From Escherichia coli (lineage in GTDB: Bacteria > Pseudomonadota > Gammaproteobacteria > Enterobacterales > Enterobacteriaceae), in NCBI RefSeq assembly GCF_017348835.2, contig NZ_CP071375.1: a stretch of 64,000 bases of DNA. The stretch is one strand, 5' to 3'. The notes beneath the pieces were generated by a model that saw nothing but the letters and a program-made list of their open reading frames with translations, searched no databases and was not told where the DNA came from. Of this stretch, positions 1 to 9,409 are shown in pieces (within the stretch, counting starts at the first letter, position 1; every line of letters starts with the position of its first letter). The position numbers and the translations under genes were made by a program.

Positions 1-370
1 GCTGGATGCACTGGAGCAGGCGTTGTGGGCCCGTCGGCCGTCCGGCACAATCCATCACAGTGATAAAGGTTCTCAGTATGTATCGCTGGCCTACACGCAG
101 CGGCTTAAGGAAGCCGGATTACTGGCATCAACAGGGAGTACTGGCGACTCGTATGACAACGCGATGGCTGAGAGCATCAATGGTCTTTACAAAGCGGAGG
201 TAATACACCGTAAGAGCTGGAAAAACCGTGCAGAAGTGGAACTGGCCACACTAACGTGGGTGGACTGGTATAACAATCGACGATTGCTGGAAAGGCTGGG
301 CCATATTCCTCCGGCAGAAGCAGAAAAAGCTTATTATGCTTCCATCGGAAATAATGATCTGGCAGCCTGA
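1..370 (+). CDS. IS3-family transposase OrfB, C-terminal portion (5' end lies outside the window)
   Basis: Translation of ORF 23-370 shows IS3-family integrase-core C-terminal features; the reading frame is open to the window start. Confidence 0.85.
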   Translation, partial: LDALEQALWARRPSGTIHHSDKGSQYVSLAYTQRLKEAGLLASTGSTGDSYDNAMAESINGLYKAEVIHRKSWKNRAEVELATLTWVDWYNNRRLLERLGHIPPAEAEKAYYASIGNNDLAA

Positions 371-412
371 GTTCACAGATAAAACACTCTCCAGGAAACC
401 CGGGGCGGTTCA
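1..412 (+). mobile_element. Right-end portion of an IS3-family insertion sequence (IS629/IS1203-like); the window starts inside the element
   Basis: ORF 23-370 is the C-terminal part of an IS3-family OrfB transposase (YDNAMAESINGLYKAEV motif region). The sequence after its stop (c. 371-412) is the reverse complement of a TGAACCGCCCCGGGTTTCCTGGAGA-type terminal inverted repeat. Element identity below family level is from memory. Confidence 0.8.
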
Positions 413-1119
413 AAATGGTGAACTTGTCCTCGATAACAGACCACCACCCCTTCTGCACCTTTAGTCACCAACAGCATGGCGATCTCATACTCTTTTGCCA
501 GGGCGCATATATCCCGATCGTTCTGTGTTTTTCCACTGATAAGTCGCCATTCTTCTTCCGAGAGCTTGACGACATCCGCCAGTTGTAGCGCCTGCCGCAA
601 ACACAAGCGGAGCAAATGCTCGTCTTGCCATAGATCTTCACGAATATTGGGATCGAAGCTGACAAAACCTCCGGCATGCCGGATCGCCGTCATCGCAGTA
701 AATGCGCTGGTACGCGAAGGCTCGGCAGACAACGCAATTGAACAGAGATGTAACCATTCGCCATGTCGCCAGCAGGGCAAGTCTGTCGTCTCTAAAAAAA
801 GATCGGCACTGGGGCGAACCATAAACGTAAATGAACGTTCCCCTTGATCGTTCAGATCGACAAGCACCGTGGATGTCCGGTGCCATTCATCTTGCTTCAG
901 ATACGTGATATCGACTCCCTCAGTTAGCAGAGTTCTTTGCATTAACGCACCAAAAGGATCATCACCGACCCGACCTATAAACCCACTTATTCCGCCTAAT
1001 CTGGCGATTCCCACCGCAACGTTAGCTGGCGCGCCGCCAGGACAAGGCAGTAGGCGCCCGTCTGATTCTGGCAAGAGATCTACTACCGCATCCCCTAAAA
1101 CCCATACTTTGGCTGACAT
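413..1119 (-). pseudogene. cscK: cscK fructokinase (PfkB family), 3'-truncated by the IS insertion
   Basis: ORF 373-1119 begins MSAKVWVLGDAVVDLLPE, the N-terminus of csc-regulon fructokinase. The native sequence ends after ...GQVHHF (about codon 235) and the remaining residues are read from IS sequence; the C-terminal PfkB DTTGAGD-type motif is missing. Confidence 0.8.
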
Positions 1120-1334
1120 TTTTTTCCCTTAAATTCATCTGACTTACGCATAGTGATAAACCTCTTTTTCGCAAAATCGTCATGGATTTACTAAAACATG
1201 CATATTCGATCACAAAATGTCATGGTTAACGTTAACATTTGTGATATTCATCGCATTTATGAAAGTAAGGGACTTTATTTTTATAAAAGTTAACGTTAAC
1301 AATTCACCAAATTTGCTTAACCAGGATGATTAAA
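1120..1334. promoter_or_regulatory. Divergent cscK / cscA control region with two identical 12-bp palindromes GTTAACGTTAAC (c. 1225-1236 and 1289-1300) and TGTGA-containing CRP-like sequence
   Basis: Two perfect copies of the palindrome GTTAACGTTAAC about 64 bp apart in an AT-rich divergent intergenic region next to a LacI-family repressor gene; candidate CscR operators. Confidence 0.55.
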
Positions 1335-2768
1335 ATGACGCAATCTCGATTGCATGCGGCGCAAAACGCACTAGCAAAACTTCATGAGCACCGGGGTAAC
1401 ACTTTCTATCCCCATTTTCACCTCGCGCCTCCTGCCGGGTGGATGAACGATCCAAACGGCCTGATCTGGTTTAACGATCGTTATCACGCGTTTTATCAAC
1501 ATCACCCGATGAGCGAACACTGGGGGCCAATGCACTGGGGACATGCCACCAGCGACGATATGATCCACTGGCAGCATGAGCCTATTGCGCTAGCGCCAGG
1601 AGACGATAATGACAAAGACGGGTGTTTTTCAGGTAGTGCTGTCGATGACAATGGTGTCCTCTCACTTATCTACACCGGACACGTCTGGCTCGATGGTGCA
1701 GGTAATGACGATGCAATTCGCGAAGTACAATGTCTGGCTACCAGTCGGGATGGTATTCATTTCGAGAAACAGGGTGTGATCCTCACTCCACCAGAAGGAA
1801 TCATGCACTTCCGCGATCCTAAAGTGTGGCGTGAAGCCGACTCATGGTGGATGGTAGTCGGGGCGAAAGACCCAGGCAACACGGGGCAGATCCTGCTTTA
1901 TCGCGGCAGTTCATTACGTGAATGGACTTTCGATCGCGTACTGGCCCACGCTGATGCGGGTGAAAGCTATATGTGGGAATGTCCGGACTTTTTCAGCCTT
2001 GGCGATCAGCATTATCTGATGTTTTCCCCGCAGGGAATGAATGCCGAGGGATACAGTTACCGAAATCGCTTTCAAAGTGGCGTAATACCCGGAATGTGGT
2101 CGCCAGGACGACTTTTTGCACAATCCGGGCATTTTACTGAACTTGATAACGGGCATGACTTTTATGCACCACAAAGCTTTGTAGCGAAGGATGGTCGGCG
2201 TATTGTTATCGGCTGGATGGATATGTGGGAATCGCCAATGCCCTCAAAACGTGAAGGCTGGGCAGGCTGCATGACGCTGGCGCGCGAGCTATCAGAGAGC
2301 AATGGCAAACTCCTACAACGCCCGGTACACGAAGCTGAGTCGTTACGCCAGCAGCATCAATCTATCTCTCCCCGCACAATCAGCAATAAATATGTTTTGC
2401 AGGAAAACGCGCAAGCAGTTGAGATTCAGTTGCAGTGGGCGCTGAAGAACAGTGATGCCGAACATTACGGATTACAGCTCGGCACTGGAATGCGGCTGTA
2501 TATTGATAACCAATCTGAGCGACTTGTTTTGTGGCGGTATTACCCACACGAGAATTTAGACGGCTACCGTAGTATTCCCCTCCCGCAGGGTGAGACGCTC
2601 GCCCTAAGGATATTTATCGATACATCATCCGTGGAAGTATTTATTAACGACGGGGAAGCGGTGATGAGTAGTCGAATCTATCCGCAGCCAGAAGAACGGG
2701 AACTGTCGCTTTATGCCTCCCACGGAGTGGCTGTGGTGCAACATGGAGCACTCTGGCAACTGGGTTAG
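1335..2768 (+). CDS. cscA: Sucrose-6-phosphate hydrolase / invertase (GH32)
   Basis: ORF 1326-2768. WMNDPNGL GH32 motif near the N-terminus. Start moved to the second ATG (MTQSRLH...) which has AGGA 8 nt upstream, giving 477 aa. Confidence 0.9.
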   Translation: MTQSRLHAAQNALAKLHEHRGNTFYPHFHLAPPAGWMNDPNGLIWFNDRYHAFYQHHPMSEHWGPMHWGHATSDDMIHWQHEPIALAPGDDNDKDGCFSGSAVDDNGVLSLIYTGHVWLDGAGNDDAIREVQCLATSRDGIHFEKQGVILTPPEGIMHFRDPKVWREADSWWMVVGAKDPGNTGQILLYRGSSLREWTFDRVLAHADAGESYMWECPDFFSLGDQHYLMFSPQGMNAEGYSYRNRFQSGVIPGMWSPGRLFAQSGHFTELDNGHDFYAPQSFVAKDGRRIVIGWMDMWESPMPSKREGWAGCMTLARELSESNGKLLQRPVHEAESLRQQHQSISPRTISNKYVLQENAQAVEIQLQWALKNSDAEHYGLQLGTGMRLYIDNQSERLVLWRYYPHENLDGYRSIPLPQGETLALRIFIDTSSVEVFINDGEAVMSSRIYPQPEERELSLYASHGVAVVQHGALWQLG

Positions 2769-2775
2769 CATAATA

Positions 2776-3771
2776 TCAGGTGGAACAACGGATCAACAGC
2801 GGGCAAGGGATCCGCGTCACACTTCCCCCTTCACGACCTTCAATAATATGCAATGCAGCTTCCCGCCCGATAATGTCATGTGGAAGCTGAATTGTGGTCA
2901 GCGGCGGTAAAAACAGATGCCCGACGCCAACCAGATTATCAAAGCCCATTACGGCGACATCCTGCGGGATACGTACCCCCTTCGCCAGGAGAACCTGATA
3001 AGCCACAAAGGCTGCGCGATCGTTACCACATATCAGAACATCAAAATCTGGTTTGCCCGATTTGAAGTGGTCATTGAGTAAACTTGCGAGATCGGTGTAG
3101 TGATCATCACCTGTTGCCATGTGAAATTGTTTCACCTCAGCCAGATCTCGTCCAGCATCACGCCAGGCCTGCTCAAATCCCTGCCGACGATACCCTGTTA
3201 CCAACGCACTTTCCGGTAGCCAGAAGCATAACGGTTGACGATAGCCCGCCGCGAGCAAATGCTGTGTTGATTCATATTGTGCAGTGTAATCATCAGGGAT
3301 ATAACTGGGTAACGCTGGGTCATCCGCCACACAGTTCGCCAATACAATATTTTCACCATACAGAGACTCAGGCAGCGTGATATGTCGCAGCCCCATTGTA
3401 GTATAGATAATGCCATCCGGACGGTGGGCAAGCAGCTGACGTGCCGCGCGGGCAGCGTCATCTTCAGAAAAAATATTGATTAAAAAACTATTCCAGCCGA
3501 ACTCGCTGGCGGTTTGCTCAATGGCAAGCAGAATATCAACAGAGAAAGGAGTGGTAGCAGTGTCCTGCGCCAGCACGGCGAGAGTCGACGGCTTACGTCC
3601 TTGAGCGCGCATCTTACGGGCGGAAAGATCAGGAACATAATTCAGGGTCTGGATTGCCTGCAATACGCGGTCACGCGTTGCAGGACGCACAGATTCTGCA
3701 TTATGCATCACCCGGGAGACTGTCATCATCGACACTCCCGCCAGGCGTGCGACATCCTTTAATGAAGCCAT
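2776..3771 (-). CDS. cscR: LacI-family sucrose operon repressor
   Basis: ORF 2776-3957 trimmed to the internal ATG giving MASLKDVARLAGVSMMTVSRV (LacI-type HTH) and a 331-aa product; convergent with cscA. Confidence 0.88.
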   Translation of the reverse strand: MASLKDVARLAGVSMMTVSRVMHNAESVRPATRDRVLQAIQTLNYVPDLSARKMRAQGRKPSTLAVLAQDTATTPFSVDILLAIEQTASEFGWNSFLINIFSEDDAARAARQLLAHRPDGIIYTTMGLRHITLPESLYGENIVLANCVADDPALPSYIPDDYTAQYESTQHLLAAGYRQPLCFWLPESALVTGYRRQGFEQAWRDAGRDLAEVKQFHMATGDDHYTDLASLLNDHFKSGKPDFDVLICGNDRAAFVAYQVLLAKGVRIPQDVAVMGFDNLVGVGHLFLPPLTTIQLPHDIIGREAALHIIEGREGGSVTRIPCPLLIRCST

Positions 3772-4001
3772 ACCCAAGCCGTTTGTCGTAAAACGGGCAC
3801 TGTAGCAGAAACAGACGTCACTGGCGAGATCCAACGCCCTATCACCTGACACGGCAATACAATAAAAAATAACAATAATTCCCGGCCAATTGTCCCCAAT
3901 TCCGCCTCTGTTCTCGCCAACGAGTAACCATATAGGCAAGTAAGTAAAACATGCCAACTGGCATCGCCAACCTGGAGAAGAAAATATAAATATGGATCAT
4001 T

Positions 4002-4220
4002 GTGCTGCCGCTGTATCCCGACATCAGCCCGGAAATTATTGCGATTGCTATCGGTTCAGGTGCAATTGGCTGCACTATCGTTACGGACTCGCTTTTCTGG
4101 CTGGTGAAGCAATATTGCGGCGCTACGCTCAATGAAACATTTAAATACTATACGACAGCGACATTTATCGCTTCAGTCGTCGCTCTGGCGGGCACATTCC
4201 TGCTGTCATTTATCATCTAA
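4002..4220 (+). pseudogene. dsdX: 3' remnant of dsdX (D-serine/gluconate-family permease), C-terminal ~72 codons only
   Basis: ORF 4002-4220 encodes a hydrophobic C-terminal segment ending ...[12 protein letters not shown], immediately upstream of dsdA as in the dsdXA operon; no N-terminal part and no dsdC are present. Confidence 0.75.
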
Positions 4221-4237
4221 GCGCAAAGAGACGTACT

Positions 4238-5566
4238 ATGGAAAACGCTAAAATGAACTCGCTCATCGCCCAGTATCCGTTGGTAAAGGATCTGGTTGCT
4301 CTTAAAGAAACCACCTGGTTTAATCCTGGCACGACCTCATTGGCTGAAGGTTTACCTTATGTTGGCCTGACCGAACAGGATGTTCAGGACGCCCATGCGC
4401 GCTTATCCCGTTTTGCACCCTATCTGACAAAAGCATTTCCTGAAACTGCTGCCACTGGGGGGATTATTGAATCAGAACTGGTTGCCATTCCGGCTATGCA
4501 AAAACGGCTGGAAAAGGAATATCAACAACCGATCAGCGGGCAACTGTTACTGAAAAAAGATAGCCATTTGCCCATTTCCGGCTCCATAAAAGCACGCGGC
4601 GGGATTTATGAAGTCCTGGCACACGCAGAAAAACTGGCTCTGGAAGCGGGGTTGCTGACGCTTGATGATGACTACAGCAAACTGCTTTCTCCGGAGTTTA
4701 AACAGTTCTTTAGCCAATACAGCATTGCTGTGGGCTCAACCGGAAATCTGGGGTTATCAATCGGCATTATGAGCGCCCGCATTGGCTTTAAGGTGACAGT
4801 GCATATGTCTGCTGATGCCCGGGCATGGAAAAAAGCGAAACTGCGCAGCCATGGCGTTACGGTCGTGGAATATGAGCAAGATTATGGTGTTGCCGTCGAG
4901 GAAGGACGTAGAGCAGCGCAGTCTGACCCGAACTGTTTCTTTATTGATGACGAAAATTCCCGCACGTTGTTCCTTGGGTATTCCGTCGCTGGCCAGCGTC
5001 TTAAAGCGCAATTTGCCGAGCAAGGTCGTATTGTCGATGCTGATAACCCTCTGTTTGTCTATCTGCCGTGTGGTGTTGGCGGTGGTCCTGGTGGCGTCGC
5101 ATTCGGGCTTAAACTGGCGTTTGGCGATCATGTTCACTGCTTTTTTGCCGAACCAACGCACTCCCCTTGTATGCTGTTAGGCGTCCATACAGGATTACAC
5201 GATCAGATTTCTGTTCAGGATATTGGTATCGACAACCTTACCGCAGCGGATGGCCTTGCAGTTGGTCGCGCATCAGGCTTTGTCGGGCGGGCAATGGAGC
5301 GTCTACTGGATGGCTTCTATACCCTTAGCGATCAAACCATGTATAACATGCTTGGCTGGCTGGCGCAGGAAGAAGGCATTCGTCTTGAACCTTCGGCACT
5401 GGCGGGTATGGCCGGGCCTCAGCGCGTGTGCGCATCAGTAAGTTACCAACAGATGCACGGTTGCAGCGCAGAACAACTGCGTAATGCCACTCATCTGGTG
5501 TGGGCGACGGGAGGTGGAATGGTGCCGGAAGAAGAGATGGAGCAATATCTGGCAAAAGGCCGCTAA
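4238..5566 (+). CDS. dsdA: D-serine dehydratase (PLP-dependent)
   Basis: 442-aa ORF starting [15 protein letters not shown] with a PLP-lysine region (SGSIKARGG); matches DsdA length and sequence. Confidence 0.95.
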   Translation: MENAKMNSLIAQYPLVKDLVALKETTWFNPGTTSLAEGLPYVGLTEQDVQDAHARLSRFAPYLTKAFPETAATGGIIESELVAIPAMQKRLEKEYQQPISGQLLLKKDSHLPISGSIKARGGIYEVLAHAEKLALEAGLLTLDDDYSKLLSPEFKQFFSQYSIAVGSTGNLGLSIGIMSARIGFKVTVHMSADARAWKKAKLRSHGVTVVEYEQDYGVAVEEGRRAAQSDPNCFFIDDENSRTLFLGYSVAGQRLKAQFAEQGRIVDADNPLFVYLPCGVGGGPGGVAFGLKLAFGDHVHCFFAEPTHSPCMLLGVHTGLHDQISVQDIGIDNLTAADGLAVGRASGFVGRAMERLLDGFYTLSDQTMYNMLGWLAQEEGIRLEPSALAGMAGPQRVCASVSYQQMHGCSAEQLRNATHLVWATGGGMVPEEEMEQYLAKGR

Positions 5567-5673
5567 TTAATTTTCAATTCAGCATCGCCATCCTTTCCCT
5601 GGATGAGCGATGCTGCCGATGGCGCAGACTTAAGATCCCCGGTCTTACCCGCTATAACCCCCTGCTTTTACCA

Positions 5674-7212
5674 TCACCCAACGCCTTTCGCTGTAAACGG
5701 CGGTTTCGCAAACCAAACCAAAACCGTAAGTAAGATAAAAGCAATAGCCGCCATACGGAAAATCTCATTTGCAGAAATAGAAAGTGACTGCTGGGTTATT
5801 TCATTATTAATTTCATTAAGAACTCCTGAAAGCGAACCATAGTATTTATCCATAATTTGTGACGATGAATTAAACACGGGGTTAAATTGATCGATGGTTG
5901 CTGTCAACTGACTATGGTGTAACGATTCGCGTCGTCCCCACAGCGTCATTGTCAACGACGTACCAACTGATCCTGACAAGGTACGAAAAAAATTACTCAT
6001 ACTCGAGGCATTGGCAAATTTATTATCTGGCAACCCTGAAAACGAAATCGTTGTTAAGGGTAAAAAGAAACAGGCAACGGCGAATCCCTGGAAAAACTGT
6101 GGCAAAATGATGCCTGTAAAATCAATCGTTGGCATAAATGTCACAGAACGCCAGTAATAGCAAACCGCATACATCAAAAAACTAAATGTCACTAACAACC
6201 GCATGTCTATTTTGTTGCCATAACGTCCTATCAAAGGTGAAATTAATAGTGGCATGATGCCGATGGGCGCATAAGCAAGCCCAGCCCAAATCGCATTATA
6301 CCCCATTGTTTCCTGGAGGAACTGCGGCATAAGGACTATCGCTCCAGAGTAAAATAAATACGCGCATGTGATACTCACAATACCAATGGTGAAATTACGG
6401 GACTTAAACAAACTGAGATCAAGAATCGGGTTCTCTGAGGTTGACTCCCAAATGACTAAAGAGATCAGAGAAATAACTGATACTACTGTTAATATTATTA
6501 TTGTACTCGAGTTGAACCAATCCAGATCGCGCCCTTTATCAAGCATAATTTGCAAGCCACCAACACCAAGCACTAACAGGGTCAGTCCTGGTAGATTCAT
6601 TTTGACCGGTGAAGTCTCAGTTTCTCTTCCTTTAAGTAAGGTTAAGCATAATGTCAGGACGATAACCCCCATAGGGACATTGATTAAAAATATCCAACCC
6701 CAGCTAAAGTTATCACAAATATAACCGCCCAATATCGGCCCACATATCGGAGCGATAATCACGGTCATTGACCATAATGCCAGAGCAAATGTTCTTTTTT
6801 CTGGTGGATAATTCCTTAATAATAAACTCTGTGACAGTGGAATTAACGGCCCTGCCATTAACCCCTGAACGACTCTAAAAAATATCAGCACATCAAGATT
6901 GGTCGATAAACTACACATTAAGGAAGACAGCGAAAAAAAAGTGACTGAAAGTAAAAATAACCTTAATTCGCCTATTCTTTGTGCCAGCCTGCCAGTAACA
7001 GGGATCGCAATGGCATTTGCTACGCCAAACGAGGTGATAACCCAGGTACCTTCGTCTGTTGATGCTCCCAGAAAGCCAGATATTGTCGGTATTGCGACGT
7101 TAGAAATAGTGGAATCCAACATTTGCATAAATGTCGCTAATGACAATGCAATAGTGACGCACCATAACGTCCCACCGGTTAATGGTGCCGGAGTTGATTT
7201 AGTGATTGCCAT
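5674..7212 (-). CDS. emrY: MFS multidrug efflux permease (EmrB paralogue)
   Basis: 512-aa polytopic membrane ORF; operon partner of emrK, with stop/start overlap at 7212. Confidence 0.93.
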   Translation of the reverse strand: MAITKSTPAPLTGGTLWCVTIALSLATFMQMLDSTISNVAIPTISGFLGASTDEGTWVITSFGVANAIAIPVTGRLAQRIGELRLFLLSVTFFSLSSLMCSLSTNLDVLIFFRVVQGLMAGPLIPLSQSLLLRNYPPEKRTFALALWSMTVIIAPICGPILGGYICDNFSWGWIFLINVPMGVIVLTLCLTLLKGRETETSPVKMNLPGLTLLVLGVGGLQIMLDKGRDLDWFNSSTIIILTVVSVISLISLVIWESTSENPILDLSLFKSRNFTIGIVSITCAYLFYSGAIVLMPQFLQETMGYNAIWAGLAYAPIGIMPLLISPLIGRYGNKIDMRLLVTFSFLMYAVCYYWRSVTFMPTIDFTGIILPQFFQGFAVACFFLPLTTISFSGLPDNKFANASSMSNFFRTLSGSVGTSLTMTLWGRRESLHHSQLTATIDQFNPVFNSSSQIMDKYYGSLSGVLNEINNEITQQSLSISANEIFRMAAIAFILLTVLVWFAKPPFTAKGVG

Positions 7213-8375
7213 TAAAGTTGTCCATTATGCGAAATAATGTTGCTAATTTCTTTTTCTATCGGACTGGTATCGATAACTAAAGCCTTACTGGTATAAGCAG
7301 GCATGGAGGTCACGGTTGAAGCCAGATCAGGCATCTCAGCAATGTCTTCGTTCCTGGTATCAATAGTTGCAGTCATCGATAAACCAATGCGCAAGGGGTG
7401 TTCCATGAGTTCTTTTGGATCCAGAGAAACTTCAACCGGTACACGCTGAACGATTTTGATCCAGTTCCCTGTCGCATTTTGTGCAGGTAATAAGGAGAAC
7501 GCATTGCCGGTTCCCATATTGATCCCTGTCACCCGACCATGAAACACAACATTTTCACCATAAAGATCGCTGATAATATTGACCGATTGACCAATCCGTA
7601 CATCCGTGAGTTGTGTTTCTTTAAAGTTGGCATTAACCCACATTTGACGTGCCGGTACGACAGCCATTAACGATTGTCCGGGGCTCACTGTTTCGCCGAC
7701 CTGAACACTTCTCTGGGCAATATAGCCGGTAACCGGACTCTTAATATCCGTACGTTTAAGCGCCAACCAGGCTTCTTTAGTTGCATCCGCCGCTTCAACG
7801 ACTTGTGGCTGACGGTTTAATGGTGTGTTCATTACTAAAGCTTTATTCGCTTTATAAGCCTGGATAGCGGCATTCAATGCCGCTTTGCTACTTATTAACG
7901 TATCTTTGGTATGCTCCAGCGTTTCTTTTGAAATAACCCCCTGCTTCGCTAACGGCACTCGACGGTTATAATCTTCTAAAGATTGTTGATACTGAATACG
8001 CGCTGAAGCGACTTCGGCACTGTATTGTTTATCCTGTAAGTATAGTTTATTCGTTTGCCGAACAATATTTGCCAGATTATTTTTAGCTTTATTGAGTGCG
8101 ATAGTGGCATCAGTTTTATCCAGTGAAACTAAAATGTCACCTTGTCGAACGTAGTTCGTATCTTTATGATTAACTACAGTGACACTACCTGAGACTTGTG
8201 CAGAAATTGGATCTGCATTCCCCGTGACATAGGCGTCATCTGTACTAATCATGTCTTCTAATTCCATTGACCAATAGGCATAGGCACCTGAAAACGCAAT
8301 AAATAAAACTACCGCCAATAAAGAAAAGTATTTTCTTCTGTTAGAATGTTTTTTATTTGAATTAATCTGTTCCAC
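7212..8375 (-). CDS. emrK: Multidrug efflux membrane fusion protein (EmrA paralogue)
   Basis: 387-aa ORF with an N-terminal TM anchor and HlyD-like coiled-coil/lipoyl region; divergent from evgA. Confidence 0.93.
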   Translation of the reverse strand: MEQINSNKKHSNRRKYFSLLAVVLFIAFSGAYAYWSMELEDMISTDDAYVTGNADPISAQVSGSVTVVNHKDTNYVRQGDILVSLDKTDATIALNKAKNNLANIVRQTNKLYLQDKQYSAEVASARIQYQQSLEDYNRRVPLAKQGVISKETLEHTKDTLISSKAALNAAIQAYKANKALVMNTPLNRQPQVVEAADATKEAWLALKRTDIKSPVTGYIAQRSVQVGETVSPGQSLMAVVPARQMWVNANFKETQLTDVRIGQSVNIISDLYGENVVFHGRVTGINMGTGNAFSLLPAQNATGNWIKIVQRVPVEVSLDPKELMEHPLRIGLSMTATIDTRNEDIAEMPDLASTVTSMPAYTSKALVIDTSPIEKEISNIISHNGQL

Positions 8376-8548
8376 TTTTATCTCTCATTTCGCATAGATG
8401 AAATTTATGAATTGAATGAAAAGAGTATTCATTCTTCATATCAAACACAGTGCATGTGTTGCACATTATCCCAGGAACGTTGGAGGCCTAATTTAAATGA
8501 GGTGCAAAAAAAACAACAGAGGACTAAACCGTGGCTTTTGCAATACAA

Positions 8549-8566
8549 TTCTTACGCCTGTAGGAT
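8549..8566. promoter_or_regulatory. EvgA-box-like inverted repeat in the emrK-evgA divergent region (TTCTTACGCCTGTAGGAT)
   Basis: Matches the EvgA consensus (18-bp inverted repeat of TTCYTACA) at 7/8 plus 7/8 positions. Confidence 0.5.
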
Positions 8567-8790
8567 TAGTGAGAAGACTTATAGTGCTAATGTGAAACTA
8601 TAAATCATCGGTACAATCCCTGATTTTATTGTTGACATTTCATATATGCCGACTATTTATATGGTATACTTGTCGAATTATCTTAAAGGAAGCTCAAATT
8701 TTCTTATTTTTATTGAGAAAATGAGATGATGCCTTATGTCTGTATTACTACAGGGAGAAGGGAGATGCTTCATTGCAAAGGGAATAATCT

Positions 8791-9405
8791 ATGAACGCAA
8801 TAATTATTGATGACCATCCTCTTGCTATCGCAGCAATTCGTAATTTATTGATCAAAAACGATATTGAAATCTTAGCAGAGTTGACTGAAGGCGGAAGTGC
8901 CGTTCAGCGGGTGGAAACACTTAAGCCTGATATCGTCATCATTGATGTCGATATCCCCGGAGTTAACGGTATCCAGGTGTTAGAAACGCTGAGGAAGCGC
9001 CAATATAGCGGAATTATTATTATCGTCTCCGCTAAAAATGACCATTTTTACGGGAAACATTGTGCTGATGCTGGCGCTAATGGTTTCGTGAGTAAAAAAG
9101 AAGGCATGAACAATATCATTGCGGCTATTGAAGCTGCAAAAAATGGCTACTGCTATTTCCCCTTCTCTCTCAACCGGTTTGTTGGAAGTTTAACGTCCGA
9201 CCAGCAAAAACTCGACTCCTTATCGAAACAAGAAATTAGTGTCATGCGCTATATTCTTGATGGCAAGGATAATAATGACATTGCTGAAAAAATGTTCATC
9301 AGCAACAAAACTGTCAGCACTTATAAAAGTCGCCTGATGGAAAAATTAGAATGTAAATCACTGATGGATCTTTACACATTCGCACAACGTAACAAAATCG
9401 GCTAA
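8791..9405 (+). CDS. evgA: Response regulator (NarL/FixJ family), acid and drug resistance regulator
   Basis: 204-aa ORF with receiver domain and C-terminal LuxR-type HTH; followed by evgS 4 nt downstream. Confidence 0.95.
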   Translation: MNAIIIDDHPLAIAAIRNLLIKNDIEILAELTEGGSAVQRVETLKPDIVIIDVDIPGVNGIQVLETLRKRQYSGIIIIVSAKNDHFYGKHCADAGANGFVSKKEGMNNIIAAIEAAKNGYCYFPFSLNRFVGSLTSDQQKLDSLSKQEISVMRYILDGKDNNDIAEKMFISNKTVSTYKSRLMEKLECKSLMDLYTFAQRNKIG

Positions 9406-9409
9406 CCAC

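Noticed and set aside
5567-5673. Possible terminator hairpin between convergent dsdA and emrY
   Set aside because: CAGCATCGC ... GCGATGCTG stem has an 18-nt loop and no flanking T-run; too weak to call as an intrinsic terminator.
8412-8603. 63-aa ORF in the emrK-evgA intergenic region
   Set aside because: Lies in a promoter region containing the EvgA box; no convincing RBS and no recognisable protein features.
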